64,000 nt of DNA from the IMG/VR virus record IMGVR_UViG_3300042878_002532, positions 32,001 through 96,000 of that record. One strand, 5' to 3'. A program made the translations under genes and the position numbers. This stretch comes from a virus. The stretch's first letter is position 1; each line of letters opens with the position of its first letter. Under the pieces are notes generated by a model. The model was given only the letters and a program-made list of their open reading frames with translations, was not told where the DNA came from and searched no databases. Positions 28,457 to 40,600 of this stretch are shown here, one piece after another.

Positions 28457-31400
28457 ATGGATCAAAAGTTACTTAGTGCATTAAACAATTTATCCGAAGG
28501 CCTGGAGGCCATCGCAGAGGCACTTAAAGAAAGTGGGGGTAGTGGTAATAAATCTGCCACTACTTCCGCACTACAAGGTGGAAGTTTTACTAAAGAGATT
28601 CAGGAAATAAATGTTGGTGTCAAGCAATTGATGAAAGATTCTAAACAGATTCTGAAGAACCAAGAAACTATAATAAGTTTATCTAAGAAGTCTGCAGGTG
28701 ATAAAAAGAGTGACTTTGAAAAGGCGGGTGGTGATAAGAAGAAAGAAAGCCAGATTAAAAAAGGTATTGGAACTATATTGCTTATTGCAGTTGCTGTACT
28801 TGCCATAGGAATGGCATTTAAACTTGTTGGTAAAATTGATTTTCTATCGGTTGTAGGTTTAGGATTAGCCATGTTGATAATGTCTGAGGCGTTTGTAAAA
28901 ATAGCCAAAACAAAAATGACTATAAAAGAGGCTGCTATTGCATCACTTGCAATGGTTATGATGGCAATTGCCGTTACTCTTTCATCATGGGTATTAAAAA
29001 TGATTAGTCCAATCGGAATAGCACAGTTACTAACGGGTATTGCAATAACTGCAATGTTTTATATTATGGCTCCTAAATTCGCGATGTTATTGAATGCTGT
29101 TAATAATAGCTTCAAAAAAGTGAGTTATGCAGACATAATCAAAGTTACTGTAATCTTAGTTGCTATGTCTGTGGCGATAACTCTTTCATCATGGGTATTG
29201 AGATTAATCACACCATTGAGTCTTGGACAGATTATAACGGGTATTGGTATAACCGTGATGTTCTATGTTGTGTCTAACTTTTTACCTAAGCTTGCCATTT
29301 CGGTAATCGCGGTTAGTAAAATAATGAGTAAAAAAGACTTGGCGTTGTTGCCAATCATGTTGGTTGCATTTTCTATTGCGATAACACTTTCGTCATGGAT
29401 ATTGAGAATGATTGCACCAATGTCGTTTGGACAAATAATAACAGGGATTGCAATAACTGCGATGTTCTGGATTGTATCTAACTTCTTGCCTAAGCTTGCA
29501 CTTGCTGTAATCGCGGTTAGTAAAATAATGAGTAAAAAGGACTTAGTTTTACTACCACTTATGATGGTTGCATTTTCTATCGCGATTATGCTTTCTTCTT
29601 TAATATTAAAATTGATTCAACCACTATCGTTTGGTCAGATAATAACAACAATAGTTGTTACTGCAGTATTTTGGGCAATTTCGATGTTTTTAACAGATAT
29701 CGCAATTGGTGTTATAATGGTTGATAAAATATTGGGTAAAAATAAAATATGGATGATTCCATTGGTTTATGTTGCGATATCTGCTGCCATAATGGTTGCC
29801 GGTTTCCTTTTCTCGATGACTCCAGAATTGGGTTGGAAACAAATGGTTGGTATTCTATTGATTGGTTTGATATTTGCTGGATTGGCTTATGTTATGCCTG
29901 ATATGGCGATTGGTCTTGTTATCATGGAGAAGGCCTTGGGTAAAGGTAAAATGTGGTTGATTCCTTTGGTTTATGTTGCGATTGCTGCTGCCATAATGGT
30001 TTCGTCTCACATTCTTAATGCTAGTGCTGAAATACCTTGGATGAAGCTACTTAACATATTGGTATTCTCTGTTGTATTAGTGATTGCAGTTGCTTTAATC
30101 GGATTACTATCTTTACTTTTAGTCAAAGTTATTGGATTAACCACTATACTAAAAGGATCTCTTTGTATTGTGGCTATAGCCACTTCAATAATGTTGGCAT
30201 CATGGCTTCTTACTAAGGGTAGTTATAAAAAATATCCTGATTGGAAATGGGTACTTTTTGCAGCATTGGCAATTGTGGTATTTGGTTTAATAGGATGGTT
30301 ATTGATGAAGATTGGTAGTCTCAGTACGTATATAAAGGGTGGTATTGCCATATTGGCGGTTGCTACTACTATTATGTTGACTTCGCATATAATAAATGCT
30401 GGAAACTATAAAAAATATCCTAAACTGGCTTGGTCTCTAGGTGTTGGTGCTGCATTGTTGGCATTTGGTTTGGCTGCGGTTGGATTGGGGTTAGTGATGA
30501 TGTTTGATGGTGGTTTATCTCTTTTATTAGGTTCTCTTGGTATTTTAGGAGTATCTGCAACTATAGTTGCTGCCTCACACATACTTGCTCAGGGTAAATA
30601 TGGTAAATTTCCTTCACTTGGATGGTCTGTTTCTGTTGGTTTAGCATTGGCTGCCTTTGGTGGTGGAATGGTTCTTTTGGGTGGTCTTATAATAGCATCT
30701 TTTGGTATTGGTGGTCTTATGCTTGCAGCAGGTGCTAAGGCTGTTTTGAAGGTCGCAGAAACTATAGTAAAGTCATCACACATATTAGCCAAAGGAAATT
30801 GGAAAAAGGGTCCTACGGTTGAATGGGCATCGGGAGTTGCAATTGCACTTGGTGCTTTTGCACCAATCTATAGTATGTTGTTGGAAAACGCACCTGGACT
30901 TTTCAGTGCGGGTGGTGGTGTTGGTCCAGACGATTTTGCAAGGGCCATAGTAACCGTTAGTAAGGGTATAATGACTGCAGCGGCTGAATTCGCCTCTCCT
31001 AAGAATAAAAGTGTTTGGAAAGGTGGACCTACACAAGCTTGGGCGACTGGTGTTGGTATAGCATTAGGTGCATTCGCCCCAGTTTATATGATGTTGCTTA
31101 ACAATGCACCTGGTATATTCAGTAAGGGTGGTGGTGTCGGACCTGAAGATTTTGCAAAGGCAGTTATGACGGTTTCTAGAGGTATAATAGCAGCTGCTGG
31201 AGTATTTGCGTTAAATACCGCACAATTCGAAGAAGGTAAATATCCTTCTGTTAAATGGGGTCAAGGTGTAGGTGCTGCACTTAATGCCTTTGCTCCTGTA
31301 TTTACCGCGTTGAGTAAAGATACTGGTTGGTTTACATCGGGTGATGAGGTTATAACCAACATGGTAAGTGGTGTCATTAGACTAGCGGGTGCCATCGTCA

Positions 31401-32623
31401 CAGTTGCACAAATATTCGAATGGGCTAAGATGAAGTGGGATTCAGCTCCTAGTAAAAATTGGTCATGGAATGTCGGAGTTGCCGTTAGGTCATATGCAAA
31501 ATTGGCTTCTGATATAAGTAAAAATACGGACTTTTTTGGTATAGGATTGTCTTTGCCTGTTAAAATCGTATCTTCAATTATTTCTGTAGGACATATTATA
31601 CAAAAAAACAAAAAGGCACTAACAAGTTATTTGAATCCTGCATTTGTGCCTATTTTGGCAGTAAGTGTTAGGGGTTATGTTAGGTTAACTGACTTTGTTG
31701 CAAAAAGTGCTGGTATGTTAATGAACGAAAGTGGTGTTAGAACCGTTGCTGTTCAGATGGCCACTACTGCCAAAATATTAGAAAAAAACAAAAAGTATTT
31801 CTCTTATTTGATTCCGAGAAACTTTATAGCCAATTTGGCACCTAACTTATTAGGGTATGCTACAATGGCAAGGGCTTTGGAGAAGATGATGACGATTACC
31901 GAAAAGAAATTCATACCTTTAAGTGCATTGGGTGGAACCGACGTTAGTTATAAGACTACTAGACCTGCAGATATTTCTATTGTCAATAGAGTTGCTGCAC
32001 AGATGTCTTTGACTGCAGCTATTATTGGTAAGAATGCTAAATATTTCAATACTAAAATAGATCCTAACTTCATGAAATCGGTAGGGTCAAATCTTTTCTA
32101 TTATATGACTATTGCTAAAAAACTACAATCACAACAAAGTTTTGGATCTATGATAAAAAGTGCTTTTGGTCTTGATCCTATGAGTCAAATGGCAAATGGT
32201 ATGATTAAACTTGCCAAAGGATATGATAGTCTTGCATCTTCCATAAAAAAGATGGGTTCTGCAATGAGCCAAATCAACGACAAGAAGCTTTCACAGATGG
32301 AAAGAATGGCTAGACTGGGTAGAAGTCAGAACCAAAGTAAAGGATTCTTAGGTTCTCTTGGTGAGGCTGCTGGTTCTGTTGTTGGTGCTGTGGGTGGACT
32401 TGTTGGTGGTGCTCTCAATATGGTTACTCCTGGTGGTGGTCCTGGATCTAAATCAAGTAGTAGAGAAAAGGAAAAAGTTGGTAAATATGGTAATGTTAAC
32501 AAACAGAATGATATGATTATAGAACTACTTATGGAATTGAATAGTAAGATTGGTGCAGGTTCAAATATCGATACTGCTATGTTGAAAAAGTTGAACGAGA
32601 AAAAAGATTCTAAACTTCAGTAA
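28457..32623 (+). CDS. Probable tail tape-measure protein (hydrophobic repeats)
   Basis: 1388 aa, Ala/Gly/Ile-rich, about 68-aa hydrophobic repeats (ITLSSWVL..I.P....QIITGI), W..GV..AL.AFAP repeats. Confidence 0.55.
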   Translation: MDQKLLSALNNLSEGLEAIAEALKESGGSGNKSATTSALQGGSFTKEIQEINVGVKQLMKDSKQILKNQETIISLSKKSAGDKKSDFEKAGGDKKKESQIKKGIGTILLIAVAVLAIGMAFKLVGKIDFLSVVGLGLAMLIMSEAFVKIAKTKMTIKEAAIASLAMVMMAIAVTLSSWVLKMISPIGIAQLLTGIAITAMFYIMAPKFAMLLNAVNNSFKKVSYADIIKVTVILVAMSVAITLSSWVLRLITPLSLGQIITGIGITVMFYVVSNFLPKLAISVIAVSKIMSKKDLALLPIMLVAFSIAITLSSWILRMIAPMSFGQIITGIAITAMFWIVSNFLPKLALAVIAVSKIMSKKDLVLLPLMMVAFSIAIMLSSLILKLIQPLSFGQIITTIVVTAVFWAISMFLTDIAIGVIMVDKILGKNKIWMIPLVYVAISAAIMVAGFLFSMTPELGWKQMVGILLIGLIFAGLAYVMPDMAIGLVIMEKALGKGKMWLIPLVYVAIAAAIMVSSHILNASAEIPWMKLLNILVFSVVLVIAVALIGLLSLLLVKVIGLTTILKGSLCIVAIATSIMLASWLLTKGSYKKYPDWKWVLFAALAIVVFGLIGWLLMKIGSLSTYIKGGIAILAVATTIMLTSHIINAGNYKKYPKLAWSLGVGAALLAFGLAAVGLGLVMMFDGGLSLLLGSLGILGVSATIVAASHILAQGKYGKFPSLGWSVSVGLALAAFGGGMVLLGGLIIASFGIGGLMLAAGAKAVLKVAETIVKSSHILAKGNWKKGPTVEWASGVAIALGAFAPIYSMLLENAPGLFSAGGGVGPDDFARAIVTVSKGIMTAAAEFASPKNKSVWKGGPTQAWATGVGIALGAFAPVYMMLLNNAPGIFSKGGGVGPEDFAKAVMTVSRGIIAAAGVFALNTAQFEEGKYPSVKWGQGVGAALNAFAPVFTALSKDTGWFTSGDEVITNMVSGVIRLAGAIVTVAQIFEWAKMKWDSAPSKNWSWNVGVAVRSYAKLASDISKNTDFFGIGLSLPVKIVSSIISVGHIIQKNKKALTSYLNPAFVPILAVSVRGYVRLTDFVAKSAGMLMNESGVRTVAVQMATTAKILEKNKKYFSYLIPRNFIANLAPNLLGYATMARALEKMMTITEKKFIPLSALGGTDVSYKTTRPADISIVNRVAAQMSLTAAIIGKNAKYFNTKIDPNFMKSVGSNLFYYMTIAKKLQSQQSFGSMIKSAFGLDPMSQMANGMIKLAKGYDSLASSIKKMGSAMSQINDKKLSQMERMARLGRSQNQSKGFLGSLGEAAGSVVGAVGGLVGGALNMVTPGGGPGSKSSSREKEKVGKYGNVNKQNDMIIELLMELNSKIGAGSNIDTAMLKKLNEKKDSKLQ

Positions 32624-32652
32624 ACAATTTGATTGTTATTCATATAATAGAT

Positions 32653-33087
32653 ATGAATAAAAATGTTTCCATCTTTAAAAAGATTAGACTTTTCTCTTTT
32701 TATAAAAAAGTTATCAAAGAAAATAGTGAAGAGCTTGAGAGAAACTTTGGCCTTAGAGTTGATAAGGCACAAAGGTTATATACCGTTCTAAACATTCCTG
32801 AAGAAATAATAGGAGAGTCTTTTTCTCTTAAAAAATCTGATATCGATCGTATATCAGAAAACTATATAAAAGAGTATAACACCGAAGTAAACCGTATATT
32901 AAATGCAAAGGGACTTGGAGAGCTTTTTGGTCTTTATGAGGTTAAAAAGGTTGATAAGTACTCATATTTGGTGGTTATCGGATATTCACTTTTCAAAAGT
33001 AATGAGTATTATAATAAACTATATTGGAGAGTATATCCTATTATTGGGATAGTATCAATCATTACTACAATTTTACTACTTGTTTAG
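32653..33087 (+). CDS. Hypothetical protein with C-terminal TM
   Basis: Probable start MNKNVS; TAAAC-N17-TATAA upstream at 32621. Confidence 0.7.
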   Translation: MNKNVSIFKKIRLFSFYKKVIKENSEELERNFGLRVDKAQRLYTVLNIPEEIIGESFSLKKSDIDRISENYIKEYNTEVNRILNAKGLGELFGLYEVKKVDKYSYLVVIGYSLFKSNEYYNKLYWRVYPIIGIVSIITTILLLV

Positions 33088-33139
33088 TAAACTTTTAATC
33101 AAAAATGTATTATAAATAAAAATTCAAAATATAAAAATT

Positions 33140-33586
33140 ATGGCAAAAGAAACAGCAGAAGCATTCTATGAGTTAGATGAGACAACAGAAGAGCTTTTTA
33201 TGGATGTCTTCAACAAGAAGTCGTTTCCGGTTAATGTTAACTTTCAATTTATTGGGAGCTCTAAACAAAAGCAATTGATAAAAGTAGCTAAAATCGCGGA
33301 TGATTTTGCCTTTGTTCTTAAAAAAGAACTTAAAGTTATCATCAATGAAGATCTTTTAAACGTATTTGATGAAGAGTCTATAACTATTCTTATCGAGCAA
33401 GAGATTGATAAAATCAATATCAATATGGAAAGTGGTAAGATTAAGTTGGTAGGAACAGATTTAAACACATTTTCTTCTATTGTAAACAAATATGGTGTTG
33501 AGAAAGTAGCAAGAGCTAACAAAGTTGAAGAACTTTATAGTGAACAACAAAAAGATGCTAAGACAGACGAAGAATTTATTATCTAA
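33140..33586 (+). CDS. Hypothetical protein
   Basis: 148 aa ORF with A-rich leader. Confidence 0.75.
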   Translation: MAKETAEAFYELDETTEELFMDVFNKKSFPVNVNFQFIGSSKQKQLIKVAKIADDFAFVLKKELKVIINEDLLNVFDEESITILIEQEIDKININMESGKIKLVGTDLNTFSSIVNKYGVEKVARANKVEELYSEQQKDAKTDEEFII

Positions 33587-33588
33587 TC

Positions 33589-33846
33589 ATGAGTATTATA
33601 ACTAAAAAATACGTATCTGCGCTTCAAAAAAGATACGAAGCTGAGATGGCTGAGGCAGAAGCAAACATAGCACTTTATCTATCTGGTCATAATCTTGCAG
33701 CAATCGGAGAGCACTCTGATTTGATGGAAGAACAAGATAAGTGGATCGAAAAATATACGAATGCTAAAGATAAATTGGAAACTTTAAAATCTTTGGATTT
33801 GAATGATTCGGATTTAGATAAAAAGTCGGAAAGAATTAACAGCTAG
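33589..33846 (+). CDS. Small conserved phage coiled-coil protein (xIGEH motif)
   Basis: EAEANIALYL...AIGEHSDL...KDKLETL. Confidence 0.65.
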   Translation: MSIITKKYVSALQKRYEAEMAEAEANIALYLSGHNLAAIGEHSDLMEEQDKWIEKYTNAKDKLETLKSLDLNDSDLDKKSERINS

Positions 33847-33871
33847 GCTGTACAAAAATAAAAACAAAAAT

Positions 33872-34558
33872 ATGTCAAATATTGAAACAAACGTAGTAAA
33901 ACCAGAGATTAAATTCTTTGAAAATAACACTGAGAATTTAGTTATTGATCCTATCAATGAAGTTATTTTAGATAGTAAAATCAAATCTATCGAAGACTAT
34001 ATGGTCAACAATGATGGAACTAATAAAAGTGATGAAGAAAAAGATAATCTTTATAAAGTATCACAAGGATTTTGGAAAGAGTATACTGATGCTTTAAGAG
34101 ATGCTAAATACAACTTCCATCTTAATAGAGTTCAATGGAAATTCTTAACAGATTTAATCTTACAAAAATTAGAGTATGATGTAAACACTGTTTTCTTCGC
34201 AATCGAATTAACTGAGTTATTGGGAACAATGAGAGATGTTAAATATACAAACGATGATGAGTTAATCGCTTTCCCTGTTAATGCAACAGAAATCACTTAC
34301 ATCTACCATTTAATATCAAAACATAAAGTTAAAGGTCTTACTAAAGATTCTTATACATTCTCTAAAGTTTTGATGAGAATAGGAACTATTAGTAAACTTT
34401 TCAACTATTACGATTCTTATGCAAAAAGTTTATCTACAGATATCCAGGATTGGGTTGCTTCTTTTGAAGAAGGTATCATTGCAGAAGGTGTTGAGAAAAA
34501 GAAAAGAAAATCAGAAACAGTTGAAGCTACGGTAATCGAACCAAGTTCAAACAACTAA
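33872..34558 (+). CDS. Hypothetical protein
   Basis: 228 aa ORF in operon. Confidence 0.75.
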   Translation: MSNIETNVVKPEIKFFENNTENLVIDPINEVILDSKIKSIEDYMVNNDGTNKSDEEKDNLYKVSQGFWKEYTDALRDAKYNFHLNRVQWKFLTDLILQKLEYDVNTVFFAIELTELLGTMRDVKYTNDDELIAFPVNATEITYIYHLISKHKVKGLTKDSYTFSKVLMRIGTISKLFNYYDSYAKSLSTDIQDWVASFEEGIIAEGVEKKKRKSETVEATVIEPSSNN

Positions 34559-34576
34559 TCATTGATTTAGTTTAAT

Positions 34577-34607
34577 AAAAAAGCCTTTAGATTTTCTAAA
34601 GGCTTTT
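34577..34607. terminator. Bidirectional terminator
   Basis: AAAAGCCTTTAGA-ttt-TCTAAAGGCTTTT. Confidence 0.8.
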
Positions 34608-34610
34608 CTT

Positions 34611-37600
34611 TTAATATACTGGCTCAATCGGAGTAAATGGTCCGATTATGTCTCTCATTCCTGAAGAATCAACTAAATCTTTTATTCCACGTATTTCGTA
34701 GTTTTTTCTGTCTCTATAAACTGCCCCATATCCATTTTCTGAAGATATCTCTATTACAATGAATGGATCTATGTTAGAATCTAACGCAAAGTTGAATGGT
34801 GCTATTATTGGTGTTTTATGTGGACCATTTTCTTTCATAGAAATAATAGAATGTGTTGCACCGACTTTTGGTGGTGGAAGTATTCTTCTATATTCGTCTA
34901 TTGTCTGTACCGGTTCTAAATCTATTTCTAACCACTCTGTTATATTCAACCAATTTTGGTCATCTCCTTGGTCTAATACCGGTGGTATTGCAGAATAAGT
35001 TGCACCAAGTCCACTATAAACAAACATCTCTCTATTATATTTTACTATGTTTGTTACTCCATATGTTCCATTTGCATCCCAATCTTCCACATCTTCATTT
35101 TTTCTTGGACTTTTAACCTTATTGTTGTCTTGTGCAGACTCATATATCTTTCCATAATAAGTTACTTTATCACCTTTCATATAGTTTGTAAATGGTGCCC
35201 ATTCTTTATATGTTTTATATGTTCTAATCTTTATAGTAAAGTATTCTGGTAGAACCATATTTTCTTTAAACTCATAATATGGTCTTGGTGGTGGAACTAA
35301 ACCTGTTGGATTTTTGTCTGCACCTACTCCATCTACTATAGTATAGAAGTCTAATACACAGTTGTAGACGGTAGATCCACTATTAACCGGCATCAAATAA
35401 GCTTCGTTTAGTTTAAATGATATTGGTGTCATACTTTCTCTTATGTTGACTATTCTCATATCATGAACTCTATGAGTAATCTGTGTACCACCTGTAAAGT
35501 AAGCTCTTCCTGTTATGTCTAGTATTTTGTGAGTTAGTGGAATTATATTACTTTTCAACCAGAATTTTAATCCTTGTAGTTTTATCGTTATATCATCTAT
35601 ACTATATCCAAGTAAATTGTTTCCTTCTTTGTCTGTTATAAAGTATGTTAGATTGAATAGGTTTGTCTCTTCAAAGTTCTCGTTTGGAAAAGTATGCTTT
35701 ACAAAGTCGTTTTCTGTCCATCCTTCCACAGAGTTGTCAAATATATCTGGTATTTCTACTTTGAATAGTTTTAAAAAGTTTTCTGAAGTAGTATTTATAT
35801 TTCTATAGTATTCGTTTAGTTGTAAATCGTTGTATCCAAAGAAGTTTATTGCGTTTATTATGGATTTGTATGATCCAATATAAGGATATATCAAATGCTT
35901 CATCATCAAAAGTTCTTTTCTCTTCATGTTTAAGAAGTTCCAATCTACACCACCTTCTAATATGTCATAATCTTTAAATATGAATATCTCATTATGACCT
36001 ATATTTTTTCCTACATTTCCTAATTCTATTTTGAATCTTGGATCTTCTATTTCAGTCTGTCCTATTGTTTTAAATCTAGCAATCTCTCTATCTGTAACAA
36101 ATAAAGTTGTTTTTAGGTATGTAGTTGTTCCTGATTTTGGATAGTCGGTTATTACAGTTTTTTCACTTTCAAAGAAGTCTAAATCTATGTTAAAGAAATC
36201 TACTATTATAGTTTTGTTGTAGATTTCTGATATCTTAACTACATATCCACTATTTGTTGATATGTACTGATTTTTAGTATTTGTTATATCCTTTATTTCG
36301 ATTCCTAAATATTGTCCTACTTTCAAACCTTTACCTATAAAAGTCTCTTCTGACATCATGTTGAGTTTTATTTGTCCTCTTTTGTATCCGTCTGAAGTAA
36401 GTGTGTCAAATGATATAATAGTGTCATTTGTAGGAGTACTGGTGATACTAAACTCTACTTCTTCTCTTTTATAAAGTTGTAAAAATGAACTATATGCACC
36501 TTCTTCGGGTGCTTTAAATCCTAAGAATAGTTGAAGTGGTGTTGGCTCTGTAGAAACATCATCTTGGTCATCTATGTAACTAAGTTCATATTCAACACTA
36601 TCAAAAACGATTTGTTGATATTCAGGTAAATCCACTTTGTTTATGTCTCTGTTAGGATATTTGTTTAAAGGAACATCTTTGAATGGTTTTGGTCCTTTAT
36701 ATGTATAAGGACCTGTCTTTTCAAGTTGCTCTCCGCTCAAATCATATATGAAGAATTCTGGATTTTCATCTGTCAACCATCTCCAATAGTATTTTACTGC
36801 AACATCACCTTCAAAGTTTTCTCTTGGTCTTCTGACACATTCATATGCCTTTACCCAAAGTTCTGTTGGTTTTACGTAATTTGGATTTAAAGTACCAAAT
36901 TGTCCTTCGTCTATCGAACTTCCTGTTACTCCAATTATGTCAACTATACTATTTACGGTTGGTTTTATTACAAAAACATTTGCCATCGATGGTTGTAAAG
37001 TCCATATAGATTTGTCTTCTGGGTTGTATAGTATTCTTTTACTTATGGCTGGCGTCGTTTCTGTATGAACCACTACTCCATTTGCAGAATCCACAACACA
37101 AACTGTGCTTGTTGTATCCGATGCTAAATATACACCACCATCATATTGGTTTAGTGCCATTCTACCATATATTGATGGATTTCTATCTATGTTTATGGTA
37201 TTGTCTGTAAGATTCAAAGATCTGAATCTAAAAGTCTTGTCAGAAACGTTCATCTCGCCTGTAAGGTTGTTGTAAATTACATCCACAAACTCACTCATGG
37301 TCATTCCTGGTACTGATGCAGTCAGTCCATTATCTATTCTCCAAAGTTGTGCATCTGCATAAACATATACAGATTCGTTTACTGGTTCATAGAATATAGA
37401 AGATTGTGCAAGATCAGGAATATTGTAAGATGTTTGTATATCTCTCGTTGCACCATTTACTCTAATCAATAAATCTGCGTCGGTAGTTATGTATATGTCT
37501 TTTTCAAACTCGTTGTATACCATTTTCCCTGTTTTTGTGTCTGTAGGTGATGGTGTTGTGAGATTTGTTATTAAAACGTTTTTATAACTGAATATTGATA

Positions 37601-40600
37601 TTGTCGGGCTATTTTCGTAAGTAACGTAGATATCACCGTTGTCTGTGTTTATCAACATGTCCGCTGCCGTGTTGGTTAATGTTATAGATGTTACTATTAT
37701 GTTTAATACAGGATCGACAACCCATAATTTGGTTTTTGATAGACAATATAGGAAGCTATTGAAAGTATTGAATTCTATCTCTATACTATCAGTGTTTCCT
37801 GTAAGATATATTGTAGATAGATATACTCCGGTATATGCATCCATTGCACTAAGATTGTCTCCTAACACAAAAACAGAGTTGGATAGCTGTATGTATTTCA
37901 TATCAATAAGATTTGAAACTCCAGGCTGTCCACTTATGTTATAGTTTATTGTTTCGTAGTCGTTGAAGTTATAGTTTACACCAAACATCTCTTGATTATG
38001 TTGTATAGGGTTGAATGGCCCTCCTTGTCCTGTTGGTCCTACCGCAGGATCACACGTAGTCTGTCCAAATCCTATAGTGAATGCTAAAGTTATGAATCCA
38101 GATGATCTACAAGGTGCACTTTCTAATCCCCAGAAAGGTCCTTGGTAGTTAAGACTCATAATCTTTGGATCAACACTAAGAAGATTATATTTTACGTCTT
38201 GTAAAGGATGAGGTGTACTATTTACACCAATTACTCTTCCTGTTCCAAACCCCGCATCTTCAAAAGATGAATTTGCATCGGATTTTATTAGTCTTACTTC
38301 ATTTCCAGTAACAATAGTTCCTTTGTTTCCTTTAATCTTTTTAGTTATCACATAGTCTGTCTGACCAGGTAGCATAATCTTACCGGTCTTTATGGTATAG
38401 TCAAGTCTTCTGTCTGTTCTTTTGACATCAAACTTCAATAGATTATTTATACTTTTAACTATTATTCCGTATGTTTCTAATACTGGAGCATGTTCTTCTG
38501 TCCATGCTACCAATGTTGCGGGAATATCCGGTAATTTCACGGTTGCGGTTGATGATGTTGATGATACGGTCGCACCTGTGTTGTCAAGGAAGGTTCCGTA
38601 TATTGTCTGCATCTCATATGGTTTGCTGTTTATTGTAAACGATAGATTTCCACCTATTTCATTGAATAAAACTTTAGAGTGTTCTATATGATAATCTGCG
38701 GTTGTTCCTACTTCTATTCGATTTATTTCTATAGGTATGTTAGGATATTCCGATCTTATTACAATGGCGTTGTAGAATGGTGAAACATAACTTCCTAAGT
38801 ATTCTAAATCTGCTGTGATTCCTAATGCACGAAGTCTGACAAAGTTTCTAGATAACCAGTTTCTTAGAGTTCTATCTATAGTTCTTTGCATATCTGGTGC
38901 CGCACCTGAATATATCCAAGCCACTTCTTCTTCATATACTTGTTTGTTGATTACTAACTTTATTCCAAACTCATCTATATCTGTAAAGACTATATTATAT
39001 TTGTAGTTTTCTGAGTAGTCGTAGTTTAACTCTTGTGTGAACTTTTCTTTTATCTCAATAAGTCTTTCATTAGTTTGAAATTGCTTACCTATCAAATAAG
39101 AGCTACAATTTGCGACCTCTGTATCGTATAGATTTGATAGAAACAAATAGTTATTTGATGGTATAGAACTCGATGATGATAAATCTGGTGGCATCGAAAA
39201 AAGTTCTATTGCTTTTCTAATGATGAATGCTTCTCTATCTCCTAAATTTGCCAAACATGTACTTACGGTCTCTGTGTGGTAGAAATTAACTTCTGCATAC
39301 TTACTTGGATACATCAAATCTGCTTTCAGTACTCCCTTATTTAAGTATAAATCTATATTTAATGAACTAAAATCGTCTTTATATTTTTCTGCAGCCATTG
39401 CTAATGTAACAGAACTACTTTGTGTATATCCCTGTTCAAAATATAGTCTATCTGTTGTTAAATAGATTTGACAATTGTTTACTATTTCATCAGTAAGTAC
39501 TTGATCAACTGAAATATATGTTGGTTTTCCCCAATACTCTTTTGAGTTGGCGGGAGTGACAAATTGTGTGTTTACATTTGAATAGTCTTGTGTGTATGCC
39601 TTTATACATTGGTATACGTTGTTGTTATATAAAACCTGAGACTTTTCTGTATACACAACAAGTTCTGTTATGTTAGCAAAGTTGGGTACGTTACTAACTG
39701 TAAGAAAGTTTGTATTTAATGTAGATCCAATTATTTTAAACTCTCTACCCGATTTTAATATTTTTGGAAATGCATTCAGATTTTTGAATGTTATTCTACC
39801 ATTTGCAATGGTTATTCCTCCGTCGTATATTTTAGGAACATCGGTTTTAGATATAAGTTCAATAAGAAGATTTTTATCAGTCTCAATATTTTTAAGGTAG
39901 TATTCAAAATGTACTGCATCAGTCACTTCGTTTTCTTTAACTGTATAGACACCATCATTTTTTTCACTATTTACTATATTTAGTTTTTTACCTGCGTAGT
40001 ATTTGTCGTAAAAGTTTGGTTCGTTCCATTCCGAAAGGTTGTTTTTGTAGTCTGCGTCTATATAGTTGTATATTCCTAAGAGATTTGAACCTCTAAGTGT
40101 TACATCTTTTATCGATCCATTTGTGTATTCGACATAGTACATTGATTCAAACGTCGCGTTATCTACGTCTGTTAGTATCATTACTGCACCTTTTTTAGAA
40201 CCGATTACTGCATAAGTCTTTTTAGTATCTTGAAACTCCAAAAACTCACTATCAAACATTATAAAAGTTCCAATAGGGAAAAATCTTTCAAAATCCACAC
40301 CGTATATCCATTTAGAATAGAAGCTTGGATCATTATTTACAGGTTCTATTGCAGCCATAGAAAATGTTCCTAATCTTGCTCCATAGAAGTGCATTCCCCA
40401 TTCGTTGAATATCTGAAACTTACTTAGAGTTAAATCTCCAGAAACTGCATATTCAAATGCCGGAAGATATTCCATTGTATATAGACCAATTGTCTTATAG
40501 ATGTCTGATGAACTTTGGTGAAAAAGTAAATCTCCTTCGAATCTATCGACAGTGTTGTTGTACTTTATGTTTAGGTAATCGCCTTCCTTATTGAAGAAAA

